64,000 bases of DNA from Octopus bimaculoides (taxonomy: Eukaryota): positions 25,219,060-25,283,059 of the forward strand of contig NC_068990.1 of the NCBI RefSeq assembly GCF_001194135.2, read 5' to 3'. Below, piece after piece: positions 13,211 through 23,422 of this stretch; the first letter of the stretch is position 1, and every line of letters starts with the position of its first letter. The position numbers and the translations under genes are program-made. The notes under the pieces were generated by a model. The model was not told the DNA's origin, ran no database searches, and saw nothing but the letters and a program-made list of their open reading frames with translations.

Positions 13211-13348
13211 ATGATGGGCTTCTTTCAGTTCCTCTTCCAAATCCACTCACAAGGCTTTAGTCAGCCTGAAGTTTAATAGAAGATACTTGCCCAAGATGTC
13301 ATGCAGTGGGACTGAACCTCAAACTTTGTACTTGGGAAGCAAATTTAC
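13211..13348 (-). mobile_element. SINE family A head fragment
   Basis: CAAATCCACTCACAAGGC...CTTGCCCAAG...GGGACTGAACC. Confidence 0.8.
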
Positions 13349-14118
13349 ATAATTACATGTGTGTGTGGGGGGGGGGGTTCAAACAGCAGTTTGAAACCAC
13401 ACCACTTCTATTTGTGAAGTAAAGAAACTTTAGTGAGACATAAAAGGGAGACAACCTTAATGCTGCTACACAGCCACCACCAGATTTTAACTTCTTCAAT
13501 TCTCCTTCAGATGTATTGACATCAACAATGCAGGATCCAGTCTGATACAGGGAGTGAAAAGGAAAACTATACTCATGGCTCTAGCCATCAACTAGGATTA
13601 CTAGCTTTTTGAATGAGGTTGGGTCCATATTGTTGTGATTTTGGAAAAGGGCCAGAGATTTCTAGTAGGGATATGTCATTCATAACCAAGACAGAGACCT
13701 CTTCAGCATACCTCATTTTTTCCAGGATGTCCAAGATATTATCAACAACACCAACAGGTTGATGAAGGACCACTGTTGAGCAACTTGCGCTGCAGAGTTC
13801 ACTATCAGACATGGTGCAAGAAGACACCAGATACATAATGTCATACACAACAAAGAAGGATTGGTCAAACCCAGCAAGGTCTGAGACAACCATGTAATCA
13901 TGTGATCCCCCACCATCATCACACACATCATGTGGTCTATTAACTGTTCTCATTTGAATCCTCTGAACTGCAGCATCTATAGTAGTGATGTGGGAGGTGT
14001 ATGGGTCAGCAGTCTTACATTGCAGAGGACTGGTTGGGATTTGTTGTCTTGGACGTAGTAGACAGCTTTGACAAGAAATAAGGGAAGGGGTATCTGATCT
14101 AGTCATCATTGGAGCTGG

Positions 14119-14216
14119 CAAATTCACTCACAAGGCTTTGGTCAGCTCAAGGCTATAAGAGGCACTTGCCCAAGGTATTACGTAGTGGAACTGAATCCCC
14201 AAGCAGCCATGCCTAC
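14119..14216 (-). mobile_element. SINE family A head fragment
   Basis: ATTCACTCACAAGGCTTTGGTC...CACTTGCCCAAGG. Confidence 0.75.
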
Positions 14217-14222
14217 AATAAC

Positions 14223-14252
<30 letters not shown>

Positions 14253-14256
<4 letters not shown>

Positions 14257-14470
14257 GAATAATAATAAATGGAGCAAAACACATATAAACAAAAGTTCCT
14301 TTAATTCCTACATATCTTTCAAAATATATGTGCACTCTACTCCAAATATATGTGCAATTCCAGCACCTCTTACTTCTTTGGAGTAGAGTGCACATATATT
14401 TTGAAACATATTTAGGAATTAAAGGAACTTTTGTTTATATGCGTTTTGCTCCATTTATTATTATTATTCA
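14253..14470. repeat. Near-perfect inverted repeat (94-bp arms, 30-bp spacer); probable fold-back MITE
   Basis: 14253-14346 is the reverse complement of 14377-14470 with 4 mismatches by manual comparison. Confidence 0.9.
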
Positions 14471-15811
14471 AATCTACTCAAAATGCATCACTTTAACTTG
14501 GTATTTCTACCTATAAAACGGGTGTGATATCCTGTTTTTTTTTTTGTGTGATTTTGCTACCCATGGTAACTCTTAACATATTTACATTGTCAAGGTTTTT
14601 TTTAAACCGAGATAATACTAATATATACATAAATTAATATATATATATAAAACATACATTAACATATATATCCTGGGAGGACAGATTCAATATTTCTCAC
14701 AGCTGAAGAAAAGCAAATATCAAGACTGTCAACAAGGCACTTGTCCTTATTCCCTATTGAAGTTGATTGTCATGGCTTTCGAGCTATAAATGTGTGCTAT
14801 TTTCTGCAGAAGGCTGGTCTGGAACCCAGCTAACTGAAGAAAGCCAGCAAGGAAGTAGGCATGGCAGTTGAAACCAGCTCAAAGTGGGTGTAGTTGACAA
14901 AAGATTGCAAGTGAAACTCTTTTGCAGGCGAAAACCAAGTCAGTCAACACTGTCCCACTGAGGCAGAGTATACAGGCTCAGGTGTGAAACACTTGTGATC
15001 CTGAGATATTTGCTTGTGATACACAAGGATTTTTGACATAGTGGTTGATTTAGAGAAACTTGCAAATCCTCTGAATAGCTCCTACAGTTTCTGCAAGGAA
15101 CAAACGATTTATTTCATCTATCATTTATTACTTTCTATATAAATAAATAATTTATAAATGGAGTAAATAAAGAGAATGCAATGCATCCAATAGAGTTTAT
15201 TCATTCAGTTAAATCTGAGGTTTCTCACTATTGTTACCATCGGCACAACATTTTCTCTTAGCACAGTGACTAGTAAAAGGGAGAAATATGAAGCAGAGAG
15301 TAGTGCTGGAGGGGAAGACTTAGATTCAAAATATATGTGAATAGGTTTGTGAAGAAACACATACGTATATGCAAACGTGTATGTGTATGTATATATATAT
15401 ATATGCATGTTCATATGTATGCAGTGAAAAAAATGAGTGAGTGTTTATATATATATTGTTTTTGTAGGCTCTATTTCTACTTTTCTCCCTACATACATAA
15501 ATTAGTTCACTATTCTCACCACACACATACATACGTAACAGAGAGGGAGGGGGGGATATAAGGAAATTTCTAAAGGTGAATTTAGATGTCAACACGAATT
15601 ATTTACCATTTCCTAGAATGAACAAAAGAACAGAAGAGTCAAAAATTAATGGAGCAGTATCAGTGGAATCAGTCACAGACATTTCACCATTTCTCAGTGT
15701 GCTGAGATTTGATGCCAAATGTTGCAGGTGATGACGGGTTATTCTTCTCTGCATTGATTCTGACCTTTGCAACTAGCATCAGGTGTGAGGGGGGGGGGAG
15801 GCATTGCCTGT

Positions 15812-15848
15812 ATGACTCATCGAAGGTGTGCTGGGTTCGATGACTCAT
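15812..15848. promoter_or_regulatory. Pair of AP-1-type sites (ATGACTCAT x2)
   Basis: ATGACTCATC starts at 15812 and 15840, 28 bp apart, in non-repeat sequence; function not shown. Confidence 0.35.
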
Positions 15849-15939
15849 CAATAATATACACACTCATGCAGGTACCTACATAATATACACAAACATATAT
15901 ACTGATATACATACACACTGATGTATGTGCTAACGTTAA

Positions 15940-16057
15940 TTTCAAATTGTGGCACAAGGCCAGCAATTTCGGGGGGGAGGGGGCTCAATTACATCAACCC
16001 CAATGCACAGGTGGAACTTATCTTATCAGCCCCGAAAGGCTGAATGGCAAAAATTCA
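15940..16057 (-). mobile_element. SINE family B 3' fragment
   Basis: GGCACAAGGCC...ATCAACCCC...CCCGAAAGGCTGAATGGCAAA, like the 51.5 kb copy. Confidence 0.65.
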
Positions 16058-16964
16058 GCAAAATATATACATACTAATGTATGTAATATACACACAGATG
16101 CAAGTAATAATGTACACACTGACATATGTATACTAATATACACCTAAGTATGCACACTGAAATTATTGTTTCTTCTGATATATATACTGATGTATGTACA
16201 AATAATATACACAACTAACATATGTAATTAATATACACTCCAACACTGTTTCAGCTTATGTATTTATATACACACATACATACATACATACACAGATATA
16301 CACATGTATGTGCTAGTATACACATAATGCTTGTTGTTTCTATTGTGTTTCAGAGGTGTGTGTATATATGTAGTCATGCAGACAATTTGTTGTCTAGAAA
16401 GAAAAAGGTTGTAAGGGATACACATACACAGTATTTCACTGTATACATACATGTGAACATGCATGTATGTACATAAGCGTGTATATACATATGTGTGTGT
16501 GTGTGCATGTATGCAGTGCAATAATATATTAAGTACATAGTGTGTAATTACAGAGAAAAAAAACAAACTAAGAGGTTAAAAGAGCACCATGCGTATAAAA
16601 GGGGAAGAGAGGAAAGTAAAGGATGAAGGGGAGAGAAAGAGAGAGACAAAGAGGGAGGGAGGAAGAAAGAAGAGACAAGAAGAGGTGAGAGAAAAGGAAG
16701 GAAAAATATGAGGGAGAGATGAAAGGGGAGGAGAAAAGAGGAGACAAGGAGGGAAACAGGCAGAAGAGAGGCTGTAGACTATGTGTAAGTTTATCAGGAA
16801 GCAGAACTGGGTTGCAAAGCAAACTTCTTGACTATTTGGCCATTTGTATCAACATGTCCTGGGTATGACGTTCCAGTTCTGGAGAGCATGAAGTCACCCC
16901 ATGATTACCATCACTCCCAGGTCCATTCTGACCTGGATCAATAATACCTGTCAATGGATTAATT

Positions 16965-17238
16965 CAGTGGTTTTCAACTATTTTTTTTTTATCTAAGGAT
17001 TCCTGTGATTCCTATTTCATTCTGGTGGACTTGATACTTAAAAACTAGTTTTATAGAGACTTCTTTTGAAATTCTTATTTTTCTGAAAGAAACCTAGCAG
17101 TTTCTTGCAATACGTACAAAATTTTTCATGAACCCTTAAAATACTACAGTGGACCCAATTTACTATTTTGCTTGTGTGGATCCAAAAAATCTTATATGGA
17201 CTGCAAGGGGGCATATGAACCCCAGTTGAGAACCGCTG
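16965..17238. mobile_element. hAT/Charlie-like MITE
   Basis: TIRs CAGTGGTTTTCAAC / GTTGAGAACCGCTG; body shared with 41502-41801; TSD degenerate. Confidence 0.75.
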
Positions 17239-17531
17239 GTTAAATAGACTGAGGTAAGGGTAGATTGAGCTCCTTAGCAATCAATATAGGCAAAGAAGAA
17301 CTCCAAAATTAATGCCCTCTTCCGAAGTGCCCTAAGCCTGCAAGGAAGAATATGGCTGATGAAACTAATATGAGGTACGTCCAATAACATAGGTTCATAC
17401 CATGGAGGCAACTATCTCATGTTGTTGTGCATTCTGCTGCATGTGGAGGTGTAGGGAAATTATGATGATCAACATAGATATTTGTACACTTTATCTAATC
17501 TTTACTCTTTTCCATACCAATGCACCTGAGG

Positions 17532-17956
17532 CAGGGCCGGGTTCAGACCCATAGAGGCCCTAAGCACTTAAAAGATTTTGGTGCCCTCAGGTATATGTAA
17601 ATAATTCAAAATGTAAATGATAATAAACCATAAAACAAATTTTCATTATCCAAAATGAAACAAAACTCACAGTAAGATGGAAAATAATGTTTATTTTTGC
17701 ATGCTTCTATCCTATTTATATTTGAAAAGTTTTCTCCTTTTTTTTTTATTGCAAAGAGTTCAATGACATTGTTAAAATTAATTTTATGTAAAACTTATGC
17801 TTCTATACGTAGTAGAGATAAGGTATTATAAATATTATTTTAGCAAGTTTAAAGTGATTTCTTTTGTGCCGTAAACCATTTTCATTTCCATGGTGCCCCT
17901 GTCCCTTAATGCCCTAAGCACGTGCTTATTTTGCTTAATGGGTTAATCCAGTGCTG
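17532..17956. mobile_element. hAT-like MITE (CAGGGCCGG type)
   Basis: Ends CAGGGCCGGGTT / AATCCAGTGCTG; 8-bp flanks ACCTGAGG / ACCCAAGG (6/8); second copy at 55497-55916. Confidence 0.72.
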
Positions 17957-17974
17957 ACCCAAGGACAGACTCAG

Positions 17975-18166
17975 TTCTATGAAGCAAGATTCCGCTTTTA
18001 AAGTGATCTAAATTAAAATCTCCCATCAAAATTTCATGTTAATTTAGGTTTCAAACACCTTTTTAACAATGACAAATTTATTTAACCAACATTCTTTATT
18101 ATTTTCAAAAATTATTTGAAACAAAGGTAGAGTCTTTCAAAAGAAATATGGTAAGAAAAAGGTTAA
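17975..18166 (-). mobile_element. piggyBac-like MITE family 1, partial
   Basis: CCATCAAAATTTCATGTTAATT body and AAAAGG|TTAA end. Confidence 0.65.
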
Positions 18167-18408
18167 AGAAATTTAGCATAACACATTAGATAACAAATCT
18201 GGTTCTTAGACTCAGAAGTACAACCTGTCAGAAGAGGCTTCTACACGCTTTACATCGAACCAATTCAACTCACAAGGTTTGGGTTCAATCCAAGACAAGA
18301 GTAGAAAGGTTGAAGATGTCTACTCAAGGCACCATGCTGTACGATCAAATCAAGAACCTCCTGATAAAGTGAAATTCTTAATCAGACATGTGCCATATTT
18401 TACACACT

Positions 18409-18440
<32 letters not shown>

Positions 18441-18601
18441 CTGAAGTCCCTAAATGTTTACTGCCAAAGGAATTTAGATTAAATAGAAAAGGTTTTTTTT
18501 TTAATTACCCTAAGCTAATGAAAACAAAAACAAACAAGCCAAAAAAACTGCTAGATGGTATGCAAAGTTTAATTCCAGAAATAGATTGACTGCCAACTTA
18601 C

Positions 18602-18679
18602 CCCTTTATACCGTAAAAAATCCAGTGATATCTGAACATTTTGCATTTTGTGAAAACGCATGTGTCCTCTTTCTCTCGG
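18602..18679 (-). CDS. shot: Spectraplakin CH1 coding exon, 78 nt
   Basis: tctttttacctacAG|CCG...GGG|GTaagt; translates PRERGHMRFHKMQNVQISLDFLRYKG (PRExGxMRFHxxQNVQ motif); in frame with both neighbouring exons. Confidence 0.97.
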
Positions 18680-18918
18680 CTGTAGGTAAAAAGATTTTTA
18701 AATACTTCATATATGACATACATACAATATATATATATATTTATACAGATATATGTTAATCAATGAAAGAACATTAATGAGAAACAAGGAAGGGAGACAA
18801 CTCAGAAAAATTTAATAAAGTATAAAATAAAATATACTGGAACTGAATTCTTTCATTTGACTTAGAGACAGGTTTAGTCTCTGAGCACTCGTCATCATTA
18901 TTATTATTATTATTGTTG

Positions 18919-19172
18919 TTATGGAAAGTGTGTGAAATGTATCCCTGTAGTTATAGGTGCATTAGGAACAATCCCTAAAGATTTGAACAGATGGATAGAG
19001 GAAATAGGCATAAAACCTAGTTTAGTGCAGCTCCAGAAACCAATATTATTAGGGACAGCTAGGATAGTTAGGAAGGTTCTTGGCAACCAAGATTATTAGT
19101 TGTAGTCTGATGTTAGGAATTTTTTTCCAACAGTCTAATCTGTTGTGCGTAAATGAAATAATAATAATAATA
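18919..19172 (+). mobile_element. R4/Dong-clade non-LTR retrotransposon 3' fragment with (TAA)n tail
   Basis: 18932-19099 translates VKCIPVVIGALGTIPKDLNRWIEEIGIKPSLVQLQKPILLGTARIVRKVLGNQDY*, typical of the C-terminus of restriction-like-endonuclease R4 elements; short UTR then (TAA)n. Confidence 0.8.
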
Positions 19173-19455
19173 GATAAGGCATATTACAGAGATATTTTTT
19201 ATCTTTTACTAACAGAATTGCACATGTGTTTGCACTGAACCAGCCAATCAGCATTGGCTTACTTAACCATTCAAATGGTAGTGATTTGAACACCACCATC
19301 CCCAACAACAACGACAAACTTTACATAAACCTTTTCCTATGTTGTTCTAGTTGTTTTTTTTTTTTCTTTCAATGCCAAAGGAAGTAGAGTGGCTAAACAT
19401 GTTGAAGAGAATCCCTCACTGCAAATAGACAGTCTGCACTTAATTATGTTAATTA

Positions 19456-19590
19456 TAGGTGCAAGCATAGCCGTGTGCTTAAGAAGTTTGTTTCCTGACC
19501 ACATGGCATCATGAGTGCTTCTAATATAGCCCTAGGCTAACCAAAGCCTTCTGAGTAGATTTGGAAGACAAACTGAAAGAAGCCCACTAT
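19456..19590 (+). mobile_element. SINE family A head, degenerate
   Basis: GCAAGCATAGCCGTGTGCTTAAGAAG...CCAAAGCCTT...AACTGAAAGAAGCCC. Confidence 0.7.
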
Positions 19591-19859
19591 ACACATATAT
19601 ACATACATATGCCACTCTCCTTCACACTCCCATGAACTAACTAATCCATGCTACTGTCCTCACATCCACCTTCCTGTCACTTGATGTTAAGCCTTGACAT
19701 TGTCACCACCATCTCTTTTCTCCAACTGGGATAACCATATATCTCTCTGACAGCCTAACACTTATTCCTGTCCCTCTATCATACTTTCATTTCTCATCGT
19801 CTAGCATAAAGCCACTTCCCTCAATATTACTACTCCCTATCTCAGTTGGGAAATCTTTT

Positions 19860-20315
19860 CTAGTGAGTTACTTGGTGATCTTACCAGCACCATAGAAACA
19901 AAGTATCCAGTACACTCTGTAAAGTAGATGACATAGGAAAGGAATCCAGTATAGAAACTCTGCTAAAGAAGACACTGGAGTTTGGTGCAGTCTTCTGACT
20001 AGCCAGTCCCTGTTGAACTGTCCAACCCAAACCAGCATAGAAAACAAACATTAAATGATTATAATATACATGTGTGTGTGTTTGTATGTTTGTGCCTTTG
20101 AAACTGGATATCACTTGAGAGTTGTAAACAAGTGCCACTGTTAAACAAACAGTCCCTTGTTTCTAGTCTTCCATAAAAACATGCCAAGCTATGGGAAAAT
20201 ATTTTGCTTGGAAAGAAGTGAAGGTTAGTGACAGGAAAAGCATCCAGCCATAGAAAATCTGTCTCAACAAATTCCATCAACTCTTTGCAAGTATGGAAAA
20301 GTCACTGCTAAAACT
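19860..20315 (+). mobile_element. Two adjacent RTE-type tail fragments
   Basis: End motifs TCCAACCC...AGCATAGAAAACAAACATTAAATGAT and GCAAGTATGGAAAAG. Confidence 0.6.
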
Positions 20316-20547
20316 CACCACTACAAAAACTCCCCTCCCACCTCATGAGTTTACAAGTGAGCCTCTATATGGTTGCTTGACCTGCTAGAGATAACAGTTG
20401 AATATGCCTCAAATTACATCCAACCCTTTTTATATACAAAGAGACAAAATAGTCATAGATAAAAATGAACTCAATCCTAAAGGTGCATCATCAGTGCTGA
20501 CCATGGGTTAAACAATAGCAATTCTGGAGAATTGATAGAATACTTAC

Positions 20548-20637
20548 CAGTGTTTCATGAGAGAGAACTTCTAAGAGAGAAATCAAATTGTGCCCATCTT
20601 TCAGATCATCAAACAACTCAGAAATCCTCCGAGAAGC
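20548..20637 (-). CDS. shot: Spectraplakin (short stop/MACF1/dystonin-like) CH1 coding exon, 90 nt
   Basis: Minus strand ttttcttttatatctAG|GCT...CTG|GTaagta; translates ASRRISELFDDLKDGHNLISLLEVLSHETL, matching the DLxDGHNLISLLEVLS signature of plakin-family CH1 domains; phase 0/0. Confidence 0.97.
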
Positions 20638-20734
20638 CTAGATATAAAAGAAAATTAAAAGATTATTAGAGAATTAGTGAATGTAGCAAGTAAATTTGAC
20701 TGATTATATATTTATTTAATGACAATTATTGCAA

Positions 20735-20990
20735 TGGAGGAGAGAAAGTAAAAGAAAGGGGAGTGAAAGAGAGAGATGAGGAGATGAGAGAGAGGGCCAT
20801 AAGAGAGAAGGGATGCGATAAAAGACTGAACGAGGCAAAAATGTGACACAGAGGGAGGGGAATAGGAAGAGATGATGAGAGAAAGGGTGGAGAGGCAAAA
20901 AAGGTGTGAGAGAGAAAGAGAGAGAGACTGCATGTGTGTATGTGTGAGCATGTGTGTGAGAGAGAGACAGACAGACAGAGCAAGAGAAAG
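20735..20990. repeat. Long GA-rich polypurine tract (polypyrimidine on the sense pre-mRNA)
   Basis: Directly visible purine-dominated run. Confidence 0.85.
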
Positions 20991-21444
20991 TTATTTCTGA
21001 AGTTAAAAATAACAACATCACATTTACTGAAAAATACCGGGATTACCAAGACACTACAGAACATTCTATTCTGCCAATGAATACTTTTATTTTATTTCAT
21101 TTACAGAACTGATGCTCAATTCTTCATTATAGTTATCTATTATCTTGAGACTTTACTCAACCATTAAGTAAAGTTTCATAAGCAAGCATGAACTCTTTCT
21201 TGAAATCAGCCAAGATTTACTTAGCAGTCATCACATACTACAATGTACAGTCGTTAGAAAACTTCTAAAAAAAAAAATGGATCAGCAGATCACGACATTC
21301 ATCCATCTGTTAACCAGATGTGTTACTGGGTTAGTCCTGATTAAAATGCTGTAATAATGAGTTTTGGTTATATTTGTAATTTCAGCATAGCATTGTTTGT
21401 TTGTTAGAAACTCAAAGCTTGGTTGTATTTAGAGCCTTCCATTC

Positions 21445-22100
21445 CATGTTAAGAAGTCTGATGAAGTCCAGGTGTGGTTGAGAAGTTTACTTCCCAAACA
21501 CATGGTCTTGGGTTCAGCCCCACCATGCAGCAACTCAGACAAGTGTCTTCTACTACAGCCCCAGGCCAACCAAAGCCTTGTGAGTAGATTTAGTAGATGG
21601 AAACTGACAGAATCCTGTTATGTGTGTGTGCGCACATGTGTATTATTTCTTGTGTGCAGTTAGGTGTATAACTAGTTCTGGTGCATTTGATGTGTTAAGA
21701 TAATGTAATAATGTATTCTCCTGAAGAACTGTTCTGGATTTGCATCTAATTGCCCAATGAACACCCATTTCAGAGGATGTTAATAGTCACAATGGTGAAG
21801 CGAGCATAGGGAACAAATAGTATAAGCTGCATCTTGTGTTTATCATAATTTTTCATATACACACACGTGTGTATGTGTTTGTGTCTCCTTGTCTTGACAT
21901 CATGTGATAAATGTGAGTGACAGCATCATACTGGTAGTGTTCTAATCTTCCATGGAAAGATATTAAGTCTTGGAGAAATATTATTTTATTTCGAAGCAGA
22001 GGAAGGTTGAAGACACAAGAGGCACCTAACTACAGAAAAATCTACAAGAAGTTCTGTTCAGCCCATGCCAGGCATGAAAATATGGATGCTAAAATGATGG
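21445..22100 (+). mobile_element. SINE family A head (about 21445-21640) and separated RTE-type tail (about 21875-22100)
   Basis: GGTTCAGCCCC B box, CCAAAGCCTTGTGAG; tail ends CCCATGCCAGGCATGAAAATATGGATGCTAAAATGATG. Confidence 0.65.
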
Positions 22101-23045
22101 TAAGATTCATCATATGGCTCTGAGCTGAACCCCACTGAGTGATAGCTTGAAGGTGGACTGTGCCACTTCTTGGACAGAAGACATTGCACAGACTGGTTCA
22201 CAACACAACCACTACGTAGCTCTCCTTCAATAGTCGACTGTGTCTTCTGAGTTCGGTTGCAAAACATTCTAAGGAATTTCAATAGGATATTGCAAGTGAG
22301 AGGGGTCAACTATCTCAGTCAGAGAGAAAGACTATATGAGGAATGAGTTATGTAGAAGATGCAAACTGGGAATTGAAACCGAAATGGCAAATGGCTTTTG
22401 AAGAATTTAGCACCACTCCCTACATAGAAGATACTAATTAACTCATTAAAAGGCAATAATTAAATGATTGTATGAAAAAAAAGATAATGATAATAATAAT
22501 AAAGTATGAAAAATAACCATGAGACTGGGTGGGTGTAACAGATTAAATACACCCACACCATATATTTGGTGTGTGTGTGTTATTCAAAGTGTTTTGATTC
22601 CAACTAAGCTCCGAGTCAAAGTTGGTGACTAAAGCTTGTAAAATCTGTGTACTGTCCATTGTTTTGTTAACAAAAGGAGGAAGTAGTTTAAAATGATCAT
22701 GTTTAATGGCTAACTAGTTTAGTTAGACTTAATTATCAGGGCTACATTTAGTTGACTGTTATTACTTAACATACCATTGAGTCATAGGAAAACATTGGCC
22801 AATGACTGAACTAACGAACTGTTGGTAACTAACAGTGGCTTTCAATGTGAAACAACACCTTCTTGTGTGATTGAGAGTGGTGGGAGAGAGTGAGTGAAAG
22901 AATGAGAAAAGGAGAGAAAAGAAGTTTGGTTCATTTTAATCCTTTAGTTTGATCAACCTTTCTCTTACAGCTTATATAACTCATAAATCAAAGATGGATT
23001 CCAATTTTAATATCAATAGATGAGACAAGTCTTTTTAATCTTTAA

Positions 23046-23422
23046 TCTTTTACTTGTTTCAGTCACTGGACAGTGGCCATGCTGGGGTACCACCTTGGAC
23101 GGTTTAGTCAAACAAATCAACCAGTAGTTTTTTTTTTCCAAGTCTGGTACTTATGCTATTGGTTGCTTTTCCCAAACTATTAAGCTACAGGGACATAAAC
23201 AAACCAACACCAGTTGTCAAGTGGTGGTGAGACAAACACAAAGATACACACACGCATAAATATACATGATGGGCTTCTTTCAGTTTCCATCTACCAGATC
23301 CACTCACAAGGATTTGGTCAGCTCAAGGCTATATTAGAAGACACTTGCCCAAGGTGCCATGCAGTGGGACTGAACCTGGAACCAAGTGGTTGGGAAACAA
23401 GCTTCTTACCACACTTGCACCT
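23046..23422 (-). mobile_element. SINE family A, full length
   Basis: Collinear with the 311-792 copy. Confidence 0.87.
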
